A DNA stretch of 64,000 nucleotides from Octopus bimaculoides. Lineage: Eukaryota. The position numbers and the translations under genes are program-made. The stretch covers positions 112,470,477 to 112,534,476 of the forward strand of contig NC_068982.1 of NCBI RefSeq assembly GCF_001194135.2, read 5' to 3'. Of this stretch, positions 50,827-64,000 are shown in pieces (within the stretch, counting starts at the first letter, position 1; each line of letters opens with the position of its first letter). Below the pieces are notes generated by a model. It did no database searches. It was not told the DNA's origin and saw only the letters and a list, made by a program, of their open reading frames with translations.

Positions 50827-53764
50827 CATGATGTGTGCGCGTGTGCCGTTGTGTGTGACTGATAACATGACAAGTTAGTGTGTATCAATCTATATGTATT
50901 GAGCGAAACCTAAGTCAACCGACTGTTCTCAAGATATTTATGACACCAGCCTTATTTACTAGCGTCTGAGAAACAAGTTTATTTGAGGTGACACAAAAAA
51001 ATTATCTAATATTTATTTCCAGTGTAACAGTTTCTTTAAAATTAAAAAAAAAAAACTATCGCAATCAATCTTTGCAAATAGATCTTGATTTATCTTTTCA
51101 TCTAATCTATATTTACAGTCCTCCATAATCAATACTGGTGTATTGACGAAATATATCTCATATAACGACAAATGATGACGGAGTAGGCGTAAAGTAAGGA
51201 AAAGAGTGAAACGTTTATAAAAAGAAAACAGTATTGAAATGAGAATTCTTACAAATGGAACATTGTGAAGTTGTCAGCAACTATAAAGGATTAGAACACT
51301 ATTGCATATTAGCCATTTTAGAAAGCTCTGGTTAGGAATCAGATGGCCAGTTTCTTTCTTTCCTCTTTGTATAAAACAAAATCCTTGGAAACGTTATTAT
51401 TGAGATCGATATACAATAGTTTATCTCAATTGCTTGAACCAATAGTAAATAAATTACAGCAATAACAATAATGTAACTTTTGTAACATAAAATCTACAAA
51501 AGATGCAATTTAACAAACTTCCGTTGGTTTCATATCCTATTATCTATGGAGAAATGTGTGTTTCCTATAAAAGAAATATAATAATTTTAACTCCGAAATA
51601 ACGACACAAATTCATGTTTGTATTCATTAAATATTATCTATTTCCCGAACGACTACGTAATCTCGAATTTTTTTCATAGAAATTCTCTTCAAACAATCAT
51701 TCCTATATATTACCATTAAAGACAACCAGTAGAAATACCTAAATTGTAATGATAAATTGACTTTATATGTTTATACAGTTATCTTTCTCTTAGTAGCAAT
51801 TTCTAAAGCAGGTATCTATGCAATTTGATATCCATATATCTTTAAATTTTCAATGTTGAGCTTCTTACAAACTATCAATCCAATGTCAATCTCTTAACTT
51901 TTTCTTTATTTATTTTCCAGATCAGAAAAATCTTTCGTTTCTTTCCTATCACGATTCGATATCTTTCATAGATTTGCTCATACTTTTTCAGCCTTCTTAG
52001 CATCTACGTTAAAAAAAAAATCTCCCCTTCCTTTCCATAGAAACGTCTTTTCTGTCTCACTTCCTTCTTCAACTGCTCTTTTTTAAACTTCTACCTTGTT
52101 TTATTTTCTATCTTTATCAAGGGTTTTCTCTCTTTTTCTTTCATCCTCAGAGTATCTAGTGTATCATTTTTCTTCCGCATTTCTTTCTCTGCTCGTTAAA
52201 TCGCATTTTCTGTCTTTATCCTTGAAACTGATATTCTATCTTTTCTGATCCAAACTTTACTGTCATTTCATTCCTTACAATATGAAATTCGTCACGTTTT
52301 ATACCCCATCTACCATTTTCACTGCACATTAACCTTTTTCACTCTCTTAGTAGGCATTTTTCTAGATAGCTGAGAACTTTCTATTCATTTTACTTTAAAA
52401 CACGTAAACATTTTTTTGCCCGGCAAAATTATAGATGAAATATATTGTAAAACTGACACTGATCAATAATTGTAGCAATAAATGGCTGAATACTCTGAAC
52501 GAAAGCTTGGATGATCTTTGATGAGTAATTCTTTAACATAATATTGAAGATCAAATCAACACCGCCATTCATCTTGACATGCAAACTGAATACAATTTGA
52601 TGTTCACATACATAGATTTACGTGGAAAACGCAAAAGGTGCACAACTATTTACCAGTGACTTACACATACACAATCATAAAGGAGAGAATTAATAAATTC
52701 ATTGAAATATATTTAAATAATTTCTGATGAAAAAATGTGAACCCCTGCACGTATTAGAACAGTTTTCACTTCAGAAGATATGAATATAGTTTGCTGAAAA
52801 ATTAAAAGGAACACCATACAGGACGTAATACTTGCATATGTGTATTATATATGCAATAGCATTTTCAAAGAACTATTGAAGTAATTTTGAGGTTCGGAAA
52901 ATTTTGTTTATTATTTTCTTTAGGAATGAAATAAAAAAAGAGAAGGAGCAAGAAATATCGGAGTCCGAAGTCAGCAAGATCTGAGAGATAATCTATTGAA
53001 TGATTACGGTAAGAGCAAAACGGAAATAGAAATGGTTTACAAAACGGTATTTCAAAACTCTTCAAACCAAACTTTGGATATATCGATTGATATATCAATG
53101 ATTCCCCAATGAATGAGTATCAAATTAATCTATTCGGTAAACGTAGCTATGTGCATGCACAGTAAATACACGTATATATATATGTACATACGTACACACA
53201 CACACACACACACACACGTATGTATGTCCATATATCGATATATGTATATACACATGTATTATGGATACATAGGTGTGTATAAATAAATGTATATATATAT
53301 ATATCCATATATATATATCCTTGTATATCAATATGTGTATGTACATGTATATTATGTATATATACATATACACATATATATATGTATGCATGTATGAATG
53401 TATGCATATATGTATGTATGTATGTATATATGTATATATATATATGCATACATACATATATATGCATAATATATATATATATATATATATATCTGTGTGT
53501 AGATATATGTTTGTATATGTATACATATGTAAATNNNNNNNNNNNNNNNNNNNNNNNNNNNNNNNNNNNNNNNNNNNNNNNNNNNNNNNNNNNNNNNNNN
53601 NNNNNNNNNNNNNNNNNNNNNNNNNNNNNNNNNNNNNNNNNNNNNNNNNNNNNNNNNNNNNNNNNNNNNNNNNNNNNNNNNNNNNNNNNNNNNNNNNNNN
53701 NNNNNNNNNNNNNNNNNNNNNNNNNNNNNNNNNNNNNNNNNNNNNNNNNNNNNNNNNNNNNNNN

Positions 53765-53821
<57 letters not shown>

Positions 53822-55461
53822 ATATATATGTATACATACATACACATACACATACCTACACACAGATGCTCATCCCTCGATGTGCCTATATGTGTTGTTG
53901 TATGTGTACGCGCGAGCATATCTTCGCCTACAGGGAGAATATTATGTTAACGGCACAGAAATATAAAACATTTATCCTTTCTTTATACAAATGTACATAA
54001 ATACATATTATCACCAATAATTTAGCATTCAATATTTCTGCTGTATATTCCTCATTTACGCATCATATTAGTCACACTTTATATAACCTTTAAATACTTC
54101 AAATATATATCATGTTTCCTTTGCAAATACAATAAAACAGTTACTCATGCACAAAATATGTATGAGATACACTGAATTCTAAATTGTAATATATACCCGT
54201 CCTTGAATACAATAACAAACAATTAGGACAATCCATATAAATGTATTTACATTGAAACCAATTTACCGCGATGCAGTACCACAATAAATAATCAGTGCAA
54301 TATTTGGAATTATTGAATAAGATTTTGGAGACGTGCTTTAAATATAGATAATCTATGAATGAGTAGTTTTTGAATTAAAGAAGCATCCACCATCTAGTCC
54401 TTCAACGTATTAACGATAGTTACCAACACAAATTCTCAACGCAATCTTAGAAAGGAACACATCACTTTATATAGTTTTGCGTGTTTTCTTTCGTAACAAT
54501 GGTAGATTGTTAAGTCTAGAACAGTAAGTCTGCTCATTAATAAAACGAGCTGGGAATAAACAACAACAGCCAAATCTCCTCCACATGACACCCTATTATC
54601 TTACAACGCTAAGATTGTATTGAATATGAAAGACCTACATACACTATTCTGAATAACTCCAGAACGTTGTTTCTTTGCGGTAAATTTTGGTTGGACTGAC
54701 TTGCATCTATATACATAATTGTCTAAAACAATCTTAACAATATATTTAGAATAAAAGGAGAAATTTCACGCATAATGTACTCGCTGTTTCAGATTATAAA
54801 CATGATTATTTCCATAATTACGTAATTGTGATACATAATTAAATAGAACTGAATTTACTTGGAAGAGAAAGAATTAGACATGCAAATAATGTGTTTAAGA
54901 ACTCTTCGTATAACCAGAAGTGGTAAAATGCAGGAATTACATAAGTACTGGAAGTGTTTTCATGATAAAGAGTTCACCGACGAGAAGAAGGGAGAGCAAT
55001 ATCCAGGTAATCAAAACGATTGTCTACTGACGCAATGCACCTTATGACAATATATTCAACTAGAGTACAACATACCGAAAAGCTTGGCGGAAGAATCTGG
55101 TGTTACTAATTTTATAAAGAGTACTCTGACATAATGGAGATTATATGCAATGAAAAAAACGAGAATCTGGAGGGGATACTTTCTGCGGAGTGGAGTGCAA
55201 AAGTCCATGTGCGTAGCATCTACCTACCTATGTGTAAGTGGATTGATCTATTTTAAACTGAATCATGTTTTTAGATATTGTGTTATTCAATATTTCTTTC
55301 GCTATTTTCCTTACTGCATCTTTTAGAAATATTAACTCGTGCTCTATTCTCTGTACAATTACATTAGCACCATAACCCATCGCCATTATATAAATTGTTA
55401 ACCCCACACATTCCCATGACTATGAAGTATATAGCATTGCTATATGAATACGCAAACAATA

Positions 55462-55640
55462 TGGCGAGCCGGCAGAATCGTTTCCGCAGCGAATAAAATG
55501 CTTTACGTTTTGAGTTTAGATATCGCCAAAGATGACTTTACCTTTCATCCTTTTGAAGTCGATAAAATAAGTATGAGTTAAGTACTGGTATCGATGTAAT
55601 CGACATCCCGCTCTCCTCAAAAACTGCGAGCCCTCTTCCA
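55462..55640 (+). mobile_element. Deu/Nin-type SINE, internally deleted copy
   Basis: tggcgagccggcagaatcgtt...ctttacgttttgagtt...ctttcatccttttgaagtcgataaaataagtat...tactggtatcgatgtaatcgac. Confidence 0.8.
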
Positions 55641-56278
55641 AAAACTACATATGTAGACGACACACCCCAAAACACCCCAAATTGTCACAAATCAACATAT
55701 GCACCGAAATAACACCAAGAACAACAAAAACAACAAACCATAAAAACCGTAATTACAACAACCAAACCCCCAGTACGCCCCCTACAACAAGAAAATACAC
55801 AAGCACAACAACATGAAAAATACGAGCACAATAACTAAAAACACACCTACACAACATGACAGTACACAAACACAAGAAGAAGAAACACACACGAACAACA
55901 ACAGCAAATCCATCAAAAGTAACAACGAAACACTCAATTAGAAAACTGAAGTTCACCTTGATACACAAAAACAAGAAATTAATGGACTACATAGAAAACA
56001 TCACAAATACGAAACCAAAATAGATGGGGAAGAATTTGAAAAAACTCATCCCCCAAACACCTGAAGAGAGAAACCTAATAAAAACATCATGTCAGATATG
56101 TCACACTCTCTAGAATAACTTCGTAGGGAGTATGGGGCTTTCAAAATCATTAAATAGACCTTTATTACAAGGGTCTTTCAAGGGATACCCACCCCAAAAG
56201 AACAGATCACCCTTACTTGACGTGAATCAAAGTGACGTTGGTGAGTAAACTCTCTCGGTATTTTCTCCAATAAATACG

Positions 56279-57769
56279 GTGGCACTCACAGTAGGATGTA
56301 TCAATGTATGTGGTCTGGGATCAGCTGGGACAAAAGGCCAATATCTCAGTGACCTCAGATCACTTGACTTAGACGAGCTACCCATTGCTGAAAGCAGAAT
56401 TTCTGGGACGCACGCACTGAGCCCAATACTGCACAACTATAAGACGTACTCAGCTTGTAGTCTGACAGGATCGGACGGTGGAGTAACAGTGATTTTCTGA
56501 GAAGAATTGGGATTAGAGGTGCAGACGATCTTTCTGGATTCGGCAGGTAAGCTGGTGGTACTACATGGGGCTGGACGGCCAGATTTCTTCTTTCCTTCCT
56601 AGGAACATCTCGCTCTTTAGTTCTAGTTGGTGATTGGAATGGTATTTTGGACGCACGCTGGGATTGTGAAGTGTTAACACATAAAAGGCGATGCAAAAAC
56701 CTCGAAATCATGCTCAGATGGTTCCAACTGTCTGACAGGTACTGGATCTTCCAGATGTGCCAATGTAGACTTGGATTAACTACAATGTGTCTTCCAGATC
56801 ATACTTACATTGATTTAAGTTAACTGACAAAGATATGTTAAGGGGCAATTCAAACTGGCCGGCTACACAGATCACAAGTTTCTGATCTTCACTGTCACCT
56901 TAGATAGTACTCATAGACAGGGACACGGCCACAGTAAGTTGAATGCGTATTCCCCAGCGCCAAAAGCGCCAAAAGAGACTTGTTTAGCGAGCTAGTTAAG
57001 AGACATCTGATGGGGGCAATAGTCAATAATAGGTGGCCATGAACTCTGAAGAGGGCAATTAGATTTGAGTCAATAGGATTTAGTAAGGAGAACATGGTAG
57101 AAAGAAAGGAGCAAATGGTAGGAAGGGGCAATTAAAAGCGACCAACGTGCTAGCAGCAAGGATGGCGCTTGACAATTTCTCGTGTTAAAACAAGGATGAA
57201 TAAAAACCATCCAATGAGCTCGGGTAGTGGAGGCTTCGCGAAGTAATAAAAGTACAATTCAGTTTTTGACAGATCAGGATGGGCTCGTACTGCGATGAGC
57301 CACAGAGGCGTAGAGATTTTAGTTCCTACTTCGGCAGCCTACCTCAATCCTCGGAAGAAGAGGCTAGGCGTTTTGAAAGGCCAATAACAGCAACTGAGAT
57401 ACGAGAAGAATTGAATGGTTACGCAGGGGACAGATCGGCTGGTTTGGATGATTTGTCCTATGAATTTTATGGTTATATGCCAGAGTTATTTTGTGACTTC
57501 TTGGCAAAAGCATATGACAACTGGCAGGAAAAAGGGAGAAATTCCCAGGTCTGTGAGCCGAGATGTGTTAACTTTGCTGAGAAAGCAAGTCAATACAAAG
57601 GGATATTATACACAATTTCCGGCCTATAACCCTGCCAACTGAATTTAAATTTTTAGGGTAAAGAGTTTGGCGCATGTCATGGACTGTTTGGTCGTGGAAC
57701 CTCAATCCCCTACACAAACTATTGTCCGTCCTTGTGATGTCCCCCTCAATTATGTCCCTGTGGTTAATA

Positions 57770-57775
<6 letters not shown>
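56279..57775 (+). mobile_element. L1/Tx1-clade LINE ORF2 remnant (APE endonuclease + start of RT), 3'-truncated
   Basis: Fragments in order: LTVGCINVCGL...AESR (APE N-terminus); LVGDWNGILD (GDFN motif, ~56622-56651); TDHKFL (SDH motif, ~56865); PITATEIREEL...DRSAGLDDLSYEFY (K.PG.DGL..EFY); FRPITL..TEFKFL; LAHVMDCLV. Multiple stops and frameshifts. The C/A-rich 55650-56270 region upstream may be an ORF1 remnant (low confidence). Confidence 0.88.

Positions 57776-57831
<56 letters not shown>
57776..57831. repeat. (TTA)n microsatellite
   Basis: Seen directly. Confidence 0.97.
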
Positions 57832-57836
<5 letters not shown>

Positions 57837-58135
57837 CGGCAAGGTTAGCACACCAAGCAAAACGCTTAGTAGCATTTCGTCCGTCTTAAGTTCTGAGTTC
57901 AAATTTCACCGGAGTGACTTTGTCTTTCATTTTTGGGACTCGATAAAATTAGTACCATTTGAACAGTGCAGTCAGTGTAATAGACTAACCCCCTTTCTTG
58001 AAATTGCTGGCTTTGTGACAAAATTTGAAACCATTATTATTATTTTTATTATTATTATTATTAATATTATTGCTGTTCTTGCTGTTGTTGCTGTTGTTAT
58101 TACTATTATTATTATTAATATTATTGTTGTTGTTG

Positions 58136-58230
<95 letters not shown>
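57832..58230 (+). mobile_element. Deu/Nin-type SINE (57832-58030) with an expanded ~200-bp (ATT/GTT)n tail
   Basis: ggcggcaaggttagcacaccaagcaaaacgcttagtagcatttcgtccgtc...ctttcatttttgggactcgataaaattagtacc...aaaatttgaaacc followed by (att)n. Confidence 0.85.
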
Positions 58231-58639
58231 TTATGTTTTACTTTTGCTTCGCATTTGTACAAGTTGGCTCCAAGTCTCACCCACCGACCTCAAGAGACAA
58301 CAAGTTAAAAGTACATGGTGTTATGCCTAGGGAGTCATATATTTGGTTTTGCATATAGTATCGTTCTAGAGAATGTTTAAGAAACCATAAGAAAATTATG
58401 AGTTTGTTTTAAAATTTGAGATTTCGTTAGACAGTATTTTACGTAGGATATGGGCAGTTCCCATCAGCACTATCTTTTGAATTTCTGCCATTTTGGGGTT
58501 TACCGGTATTTGAGCTAGGTAGGAATCCGACCCTTTTGCTATCATTCTTAGGGCACCTATGACAACAAGTATTGTTTTAGTCTACAGGTTCCACATTTTG
58601 CCAGTTTCTATTTGAAGATCATTATAGTTGCTTAGTTTA

Positions 58640-59152
58640 TTATTATAAAATATACGAAGCCCATTATACACATCATGACTATCCGTCTGATAAGGGTACA
58701 CCAGGAACATTCATCTCAACCATATGTGCGTGACATGGTCATCTCATACAAAGCTAAACAGCGCATGACCTCGCAGGTGGGGCCTAGTTAGAATTTTGTT
58801 CAGGTCGAGTAGCCCTCCCGCTCAAAAGGTCCCTGAATAAGGTTTGTTTAAAGATGTTGAGCAAAACACCCATGCTTCCAAAGGTGAATTTTTCAAACCC
58901 CAAAGAATTCCTCTCAACACATGGCTATGATGCTCCCCTACTACTTCTGCTCATGATCAGAGATGCACATATCGTCAGCCACCAAGGGACACGCTCAACT
59001 GGTTAAGGTCAAACAACTGACAAGCAAATGTGTGGTATTAAGCAGAATATTTGCTGTAGCTCATCTTTTATACCAAGACAAAACAATGTACATGATAACA
59101 CTTTCAATAAATTAAGATCAGAAGCCGTGAGAGCCACTGGCTGGCACTGCAT
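58640..59152. repeat. ~510-bp GC-richer interspersed repeat (recalled as an abundant Octopus retroelement-associated family)
   Basis: Sharp compositional boundaries, abutting (TTA)n at 59153. Single copy in this window, so the repeat call rests on recall only. Confidence 0.45.
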
Positions 59153-59153
59153 C

Positions 59154-59218
<65 letters not shown>

Positions 59219-59219
<1 letters not shown>

Positions 59220-59440
59220 GGCGGGTTGGCAAGAGGTTGAGCACGCCGGGCAAAATGGTTAGCGGCATTTTGTTCCTCTTTACGTTCTGAGACCAAATAC
59301 CGCCGGATCGACTTTGCCGTTCATCGTTTCGGGGTAGATAAAATAAGTACCAGTGAAGTGCTGGGGTCGATGAAATCGACTATTCCTCTTCCCTACGGTT
59401 TCGCCCATTGTGTCTATAGTTAAAAATATTATTCTTATTA
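59219..59440 (+). mobile_element. Deu/Nin-type SINE, near full length
   Basis: ggcgggttggcaag...cacgccgggcaaaatggttagcggc...tcgactttgccgttcatcgtttcggggtagataaaataagtaccagtgaagtgctggggtcgatgaaatcgact. Confidence 0.85.
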
Positions 59441-59442
59441 TT

Positions 59443-59552
59443 AGTGGTGAGCTGACAAAAACTTTACTGTGCCGGGCAAAATATGTAGCGGTATGTCTTC
59501 TGACTTTTTTCTGAGTCATTTGCCTTTTAGTCTTTTGAAGTCGACTTGTGCC

Positions 59553-59629
<77 letters not shown>

Positions 59630-59630
59630 T
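59443..59630 (+). mobile_element. Deleted SINE copy, head-to-tail with the previous one, with (TTA)n tail
   Basis: gtggtgagctgacaaaa...gccgggcaaaatatgtagcggtat...tgccttttagtcttttgaagtcgacttgtgcc followed by (tta)n. Confidence 0.7.
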
Positions 59631-61941
59631 GATTAGCGTGCAAATAACAATATTACTTTTAACAGCATTAATACTAACTGCACCTTCGTGCAAATGCAAA
59701 TAAAAATTCGTCGGAGGGTAGTATCCTTTTTGTAAATTCCGGAATATGAAAAATATATTACGAGTAGATGTTAAACATCTCAAAGGACAACATTCGGAAA
59801 TAAAATATATCTAAAATAAATGTATGAGGTATGTTTTTCCCTTATTTTCTCTTTCTTGATTAAAATTCTATATTCGGTGCTAAGTCTTGATTTTGTTTAT
59901 TTCATTTTCAGATAATTTTCATAGTTATTTCGTTTTTTTTATTTTGTTGCCAAACAAAAATATAATTCTAGTCCCCGATGCATATATCATATATCTTGTT
60001 AATTTATAACAGGGTAAATTTCAACCGCTTCTGTATAAAATTCCTTCCGATACTTTATTTCTTCCTTTAAGATTTACTTGTACACTTAATATTAAATTAC
60101 CCCGTTATATTTTACGTATCTAAATTCTCTCAAAGTAATTATACCTTCTTGTATCTGCTACAGACCACACAATTAGTTTCCAAGGAGAAAACATTTTTAA
60201 GAGCATATGTATAATTCGATCAACAGAACAGTATTATAACAATTTTACTTTACTGGTTATTGGCTATATTAGAAACAATACACAAGACTCTGCAGGAAAA
60301 CAAACAATCTAGATAAAGTCATCAAGAGTAACATAATTATATTATAGTGCACTAATACAAAATCCTGTAACTTGAAAAGAGCATGATTTAAAGATATGAC
60401 AAGACCTAATCGTCAAAATGTCTATGCATATTAAAATATAAGAAGTGATGTATGTATTAGTAAACAAACAAATATATCTTCTATCGATAAATTCTGATAG
60501 GATTCTAAGCGATGTATGAAAATTAGTTGTTCTGAGATGGCTAAAATATAGTCGGTGTCACCATTAGAAAATTAGCTGTGAAGCTGAGGGCTGTTACCTT
60601 TAAGAATACGGGTTATTATAAGGGATATTATACTCACAGGAATACCGAATTGCCACAAGCTACATGCAAATATACGGCTTACTTCAAGCGAACAAATCTT
60701 ACCTAAAAGAAGAGAAAAAAATACGTTAATAAGTTTAAATTTGAATTTAAAAAAAGGACAGTAAACGTTAATATATTGAAATAAGATATTCATTTAACAT
60801 TGAATCACTGTTCGACTAGGTGATGTAATATACACTGTTATTTCATATTCAATAGAACGTCACTTATTATTGTTTATAGAAATTTGTATCATAGAAATTA
60901 GTTACAAAGTATAATGGTGGTGCGCTATGCATGACTGTACTCAACAAAAAAACTGCTTTTCTCATGAATTTCTTTGTTAAACTTCAAGAATTTTCACAGA
61001 ATCAAACGAAGATTTTGATGAAACATCCCACACCAACGTTCTTTATATTAATAGAAAATGAAGGTTCAAATGGAATATTTTTCTGAAATACAGCTCTTTC
61101 CTGGATGGAAGACCTTTTCCTTTCAGTTGAGCAGGAAATATCTTATGAAGATTAACATTTCATGTTTAAGGTTAGTTCCCTTAATATCGATTTACATGAA
61201 ACTAAAATTAATACGACAATATGACAAAATTTTAGATTTACTGCGCAGCACTCTGTTAGATAAATTTAACATAATTTAACATGACATAAATAGTTAATCT
61301 GTCTACATTTTGACTTTTATTTACAACCTGTTCAGATCAAACGAATACGTAACAATTTTGTGCATGATTCAGTCTACCACAATCTTCTTATATAAATTGG
61401 TAACCATAAAGAAATAAATATCTTTAAACTTTTGTATTTGGAAATATTTTACTGTTAGAATTTGCTAATGAACAGATCGAAAATGATGATTTGATACCTT
61501 ATTGTAGTCTACTATGCAAACTACTAAAAATTTGTATGAAGCATAAATTTTAACGTTAAGTATATCCATATAATGGTTTGGTGATAAATTAATGAACAAA
61601 CTGTACACTATTAAATGTTGTTCGAAAGTCAAACTTAGTTTTGGATATTTCGCTTGAACTGTTGCATTTCGTTTCATTTACGACAGCATATAACACCATG
61701 CTTCAATAATTTCGATACGAATAATCAAAGGGTTCTTTTCTCTACAGATGATTATGTAACTCATGAAGCTTTAAGATGACAAAGTCTGCATTTTCATAGG
61801 AGCATGTATTTTAATACAGACAAGGTTTTCAAAAGAGAAGTTTGACTAAAAAAGTGGTGTATTTTCTTGCTCACGCGAAAGCATACTATAAGTCTCATTA
61901 ATTGTATGTGACTCAAAGCACCTGCATTTGTTACATATTTA

Positions 61942-62093
61942 TCTTGATAATCTGCTACTCTTGATACTCTGCTGTTCTTGATACTCTGCTACTCTTGATA
62001 TTCTGCTACTCTTGATATTCTGCTACTCTTGATACTCTGCTACTCTTGATACTCTGCTACTCTTGATACTCTCCTACTTGATACTTTGCTGCT
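61942..62093. repeat. 17-bp minisatellite (ctctgctactcttgata) x ~8.5
   Basis: Tandem units read directly, with few substitutions. Confidence 0.93.
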
Positions 62094-63394
62094 CTGCACG
62101 AAACTTCAGCAGATAATAAAAGACTGATAGTGTGCGACTGGTACATTGGAAACATGAATGCATAGAAAAAGAGAGATCAATAAAGATTGATTAAATAAAA
62201 CCCGTCCACATACTTATCTTCACGTGAAGGTGAATATATGATGCAGCTTCCCTAGTTCATTCCCTGTGACTAGGTATTCATAAGCTTGCTTACTCTCACA
62301 TCTTGTGACTGAACACCAAATCTCTCCTGGTTCAGTCTATATATTATTATAAACGTTCAAACCGTGCTCAGAACCGTCTTTATCTATATCTAGGTCTATA
62401 TTGTTTTTAAATATTACCTTCGGTTTTTAAGGCTTTAAAATGTTCATTTCAAGGAATTTAGCTGCCGTTGCTTGTCGATATTGTTAGCTTATATATACTT
62501 CCGCTTTACATTTTGTAGATTGTCACGCATATGTTTATTTGATGAATAACATTACTCACAGAAATGTGGTACTTGCCTTAAACTAATACGCTTGCGCTTT
62601 GCAATTTAGCGTTCATAACCAACAGTTAATCTTAATGCTTGATTAGCTTTAATGATTTGACGATAGATGTCAATTAAAATCGTTGTTTCTATTTATGTGT
62701 GTTGATGCATGTCACGTAACTGCAATGAACCTAACCTGAACTATACAAACTAAATCACAGAATATTATTGAAGGGAGCGTATCATTGCTGTGATAGGAGT
62801 ATTACATAGATGTTCGCATCCACTCTCGCACAAACTCAGAAAACCTGACAAATATAAATGCATTTACATATTCATTTTCACATACAACTGACTATGCAAA
62901 TAGTTAAGGTAGGCAATAAGGTACTCAATTATAAGTGGAAATGCGTCTTGTTTTGAGAATTCTGAATAACCCAGTTTTCTTAACAGAAAACAAAGTAACT
63001 GTTTCTTCGCATTTTCGCTCCAACTAATAATAATCACATATTAATTCGTTAACAATTTGTTTTGGATACGAGTTTCAGTACAACTGTACCTAAATTAGTC
63101 GTCTAAATTAATGCTACTGATATATTTCAGTTACTTCCCTTGGTCCACAATGTGTTATTGTGCAAGCAAGATATTTCTCGTAACTCACGTCCGATTTATA
63201 CGTGCTAATCGAGCAGACTTGAAAAGTTTACACTTCACAGATGAGATGTAATAAATCCTAGTCATGTCCATAACTACCTTCTTGCAAGTTGCCAAAGACC
63301 ACTTTATTATTCAAGGTATGAAAAAATTAAATTTCTGGTATAACTAATTCTTAAACTTTTGAATTATCTACCCATTCTCGTTCTCTTAAAGCTA

Positions 63395-63444
63395 CATACA
63401 TGCATACATACATACATACATACATACAGACAGACAGACAGACA

Positions 63445-63517
<73 letters not shown>

Positions 63518-63530
63518 CATACATACATAA
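63395..63530. repeat. (ATAC)n(AGAC)n(AT)n compound microsatellite
   Basis: Seen directly. Confidence 0.95.
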
Positions 63531-64000
63531 ATACACATATGTATGTATATATGATGTGCATTCGTGTGTTCGATCTCAAATATTAATTTTACTTCATGAA
63601 TTCCTTTCATGTATATACCTCTGTACAGATAAGAGAATAATTAACAGCAGAGAAAATATATACAAACTCCTTTCAAATTGTGCTGTAATATCTTTAAAAA
63701 CGCAAGAATACATAGGGGAGCACTATTCGAAAAAGAAGACGCTTTTCCTCTTTGGGTTTCTGGTTTGAATGGACCGGAGCCTTAACATGAAAGATATGCC
63801 GATTTAATTAACATAAACCGTCTAGGTAACCAAAATGGCCAGCTAAAGGGCAAGAGCGCCCTGAAAAATAACTATCAAAAAGATCGTAGATGCACAGAAA
63901 GTCTAGCTAGCCGGAAATGGTATGCTTTTGACTCTAGATCTACTAGGTCATAATTGATTAGGGCCTAAAAATATATATAAAAACCAATAATTCAATTCGA

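Noticed and set aside
61942-62093. Possible CRISPR-like array
   Set aside because: Contiguous tandem units without unique spacers, no cas genes, eukaryotic context.

Overview
AT-rich eukaryotic draft-assembly window, most likely from a cephalopod (Octopus-like). That call is inferred from the SINE families and the extreme (AT)n/(AC)n/(AG)n/(ATAC)n/(AAT)n microsatellite load. There are 12 N-gaps (~3.6 kb), almost all bordered by microsatellites. I could not identify any intact protein-coding gene, RNA gene or CRISPR array. Nearly every ORF in the supplied track is a microsatellite/gap artefact or a transposon fragment. What can be supported is a decayed transposable-element landscape: a near-complete irritans-like mariner (+, ~19.3-20.5 kb); a long RTE LINE remnant (-, ~20.9-23.6 kb); an RTE 3' end (-, ~48.9-49.4 kb); an L1/Tx1-clade APE+RT remnant (+, ~56.3-57.8 kb); an older RT remnant; eight copies of a tRNA-derived Deu/Nin-type SINE, all on +; a CORE-type SINE; two foldback elements; and minisatellites. 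The window looks like a large intron or intergenic DNA. The most interesting leads are all unproven: a polypyrimidine-AG|GTAAGA recursive-splice-like junction (- strand, 60.7 kb), two frame-preserving microexon candidates (+, 18 and 15 nt), two long hairpins, and the one-strand SINE bias. I found no convincing novel biological system.
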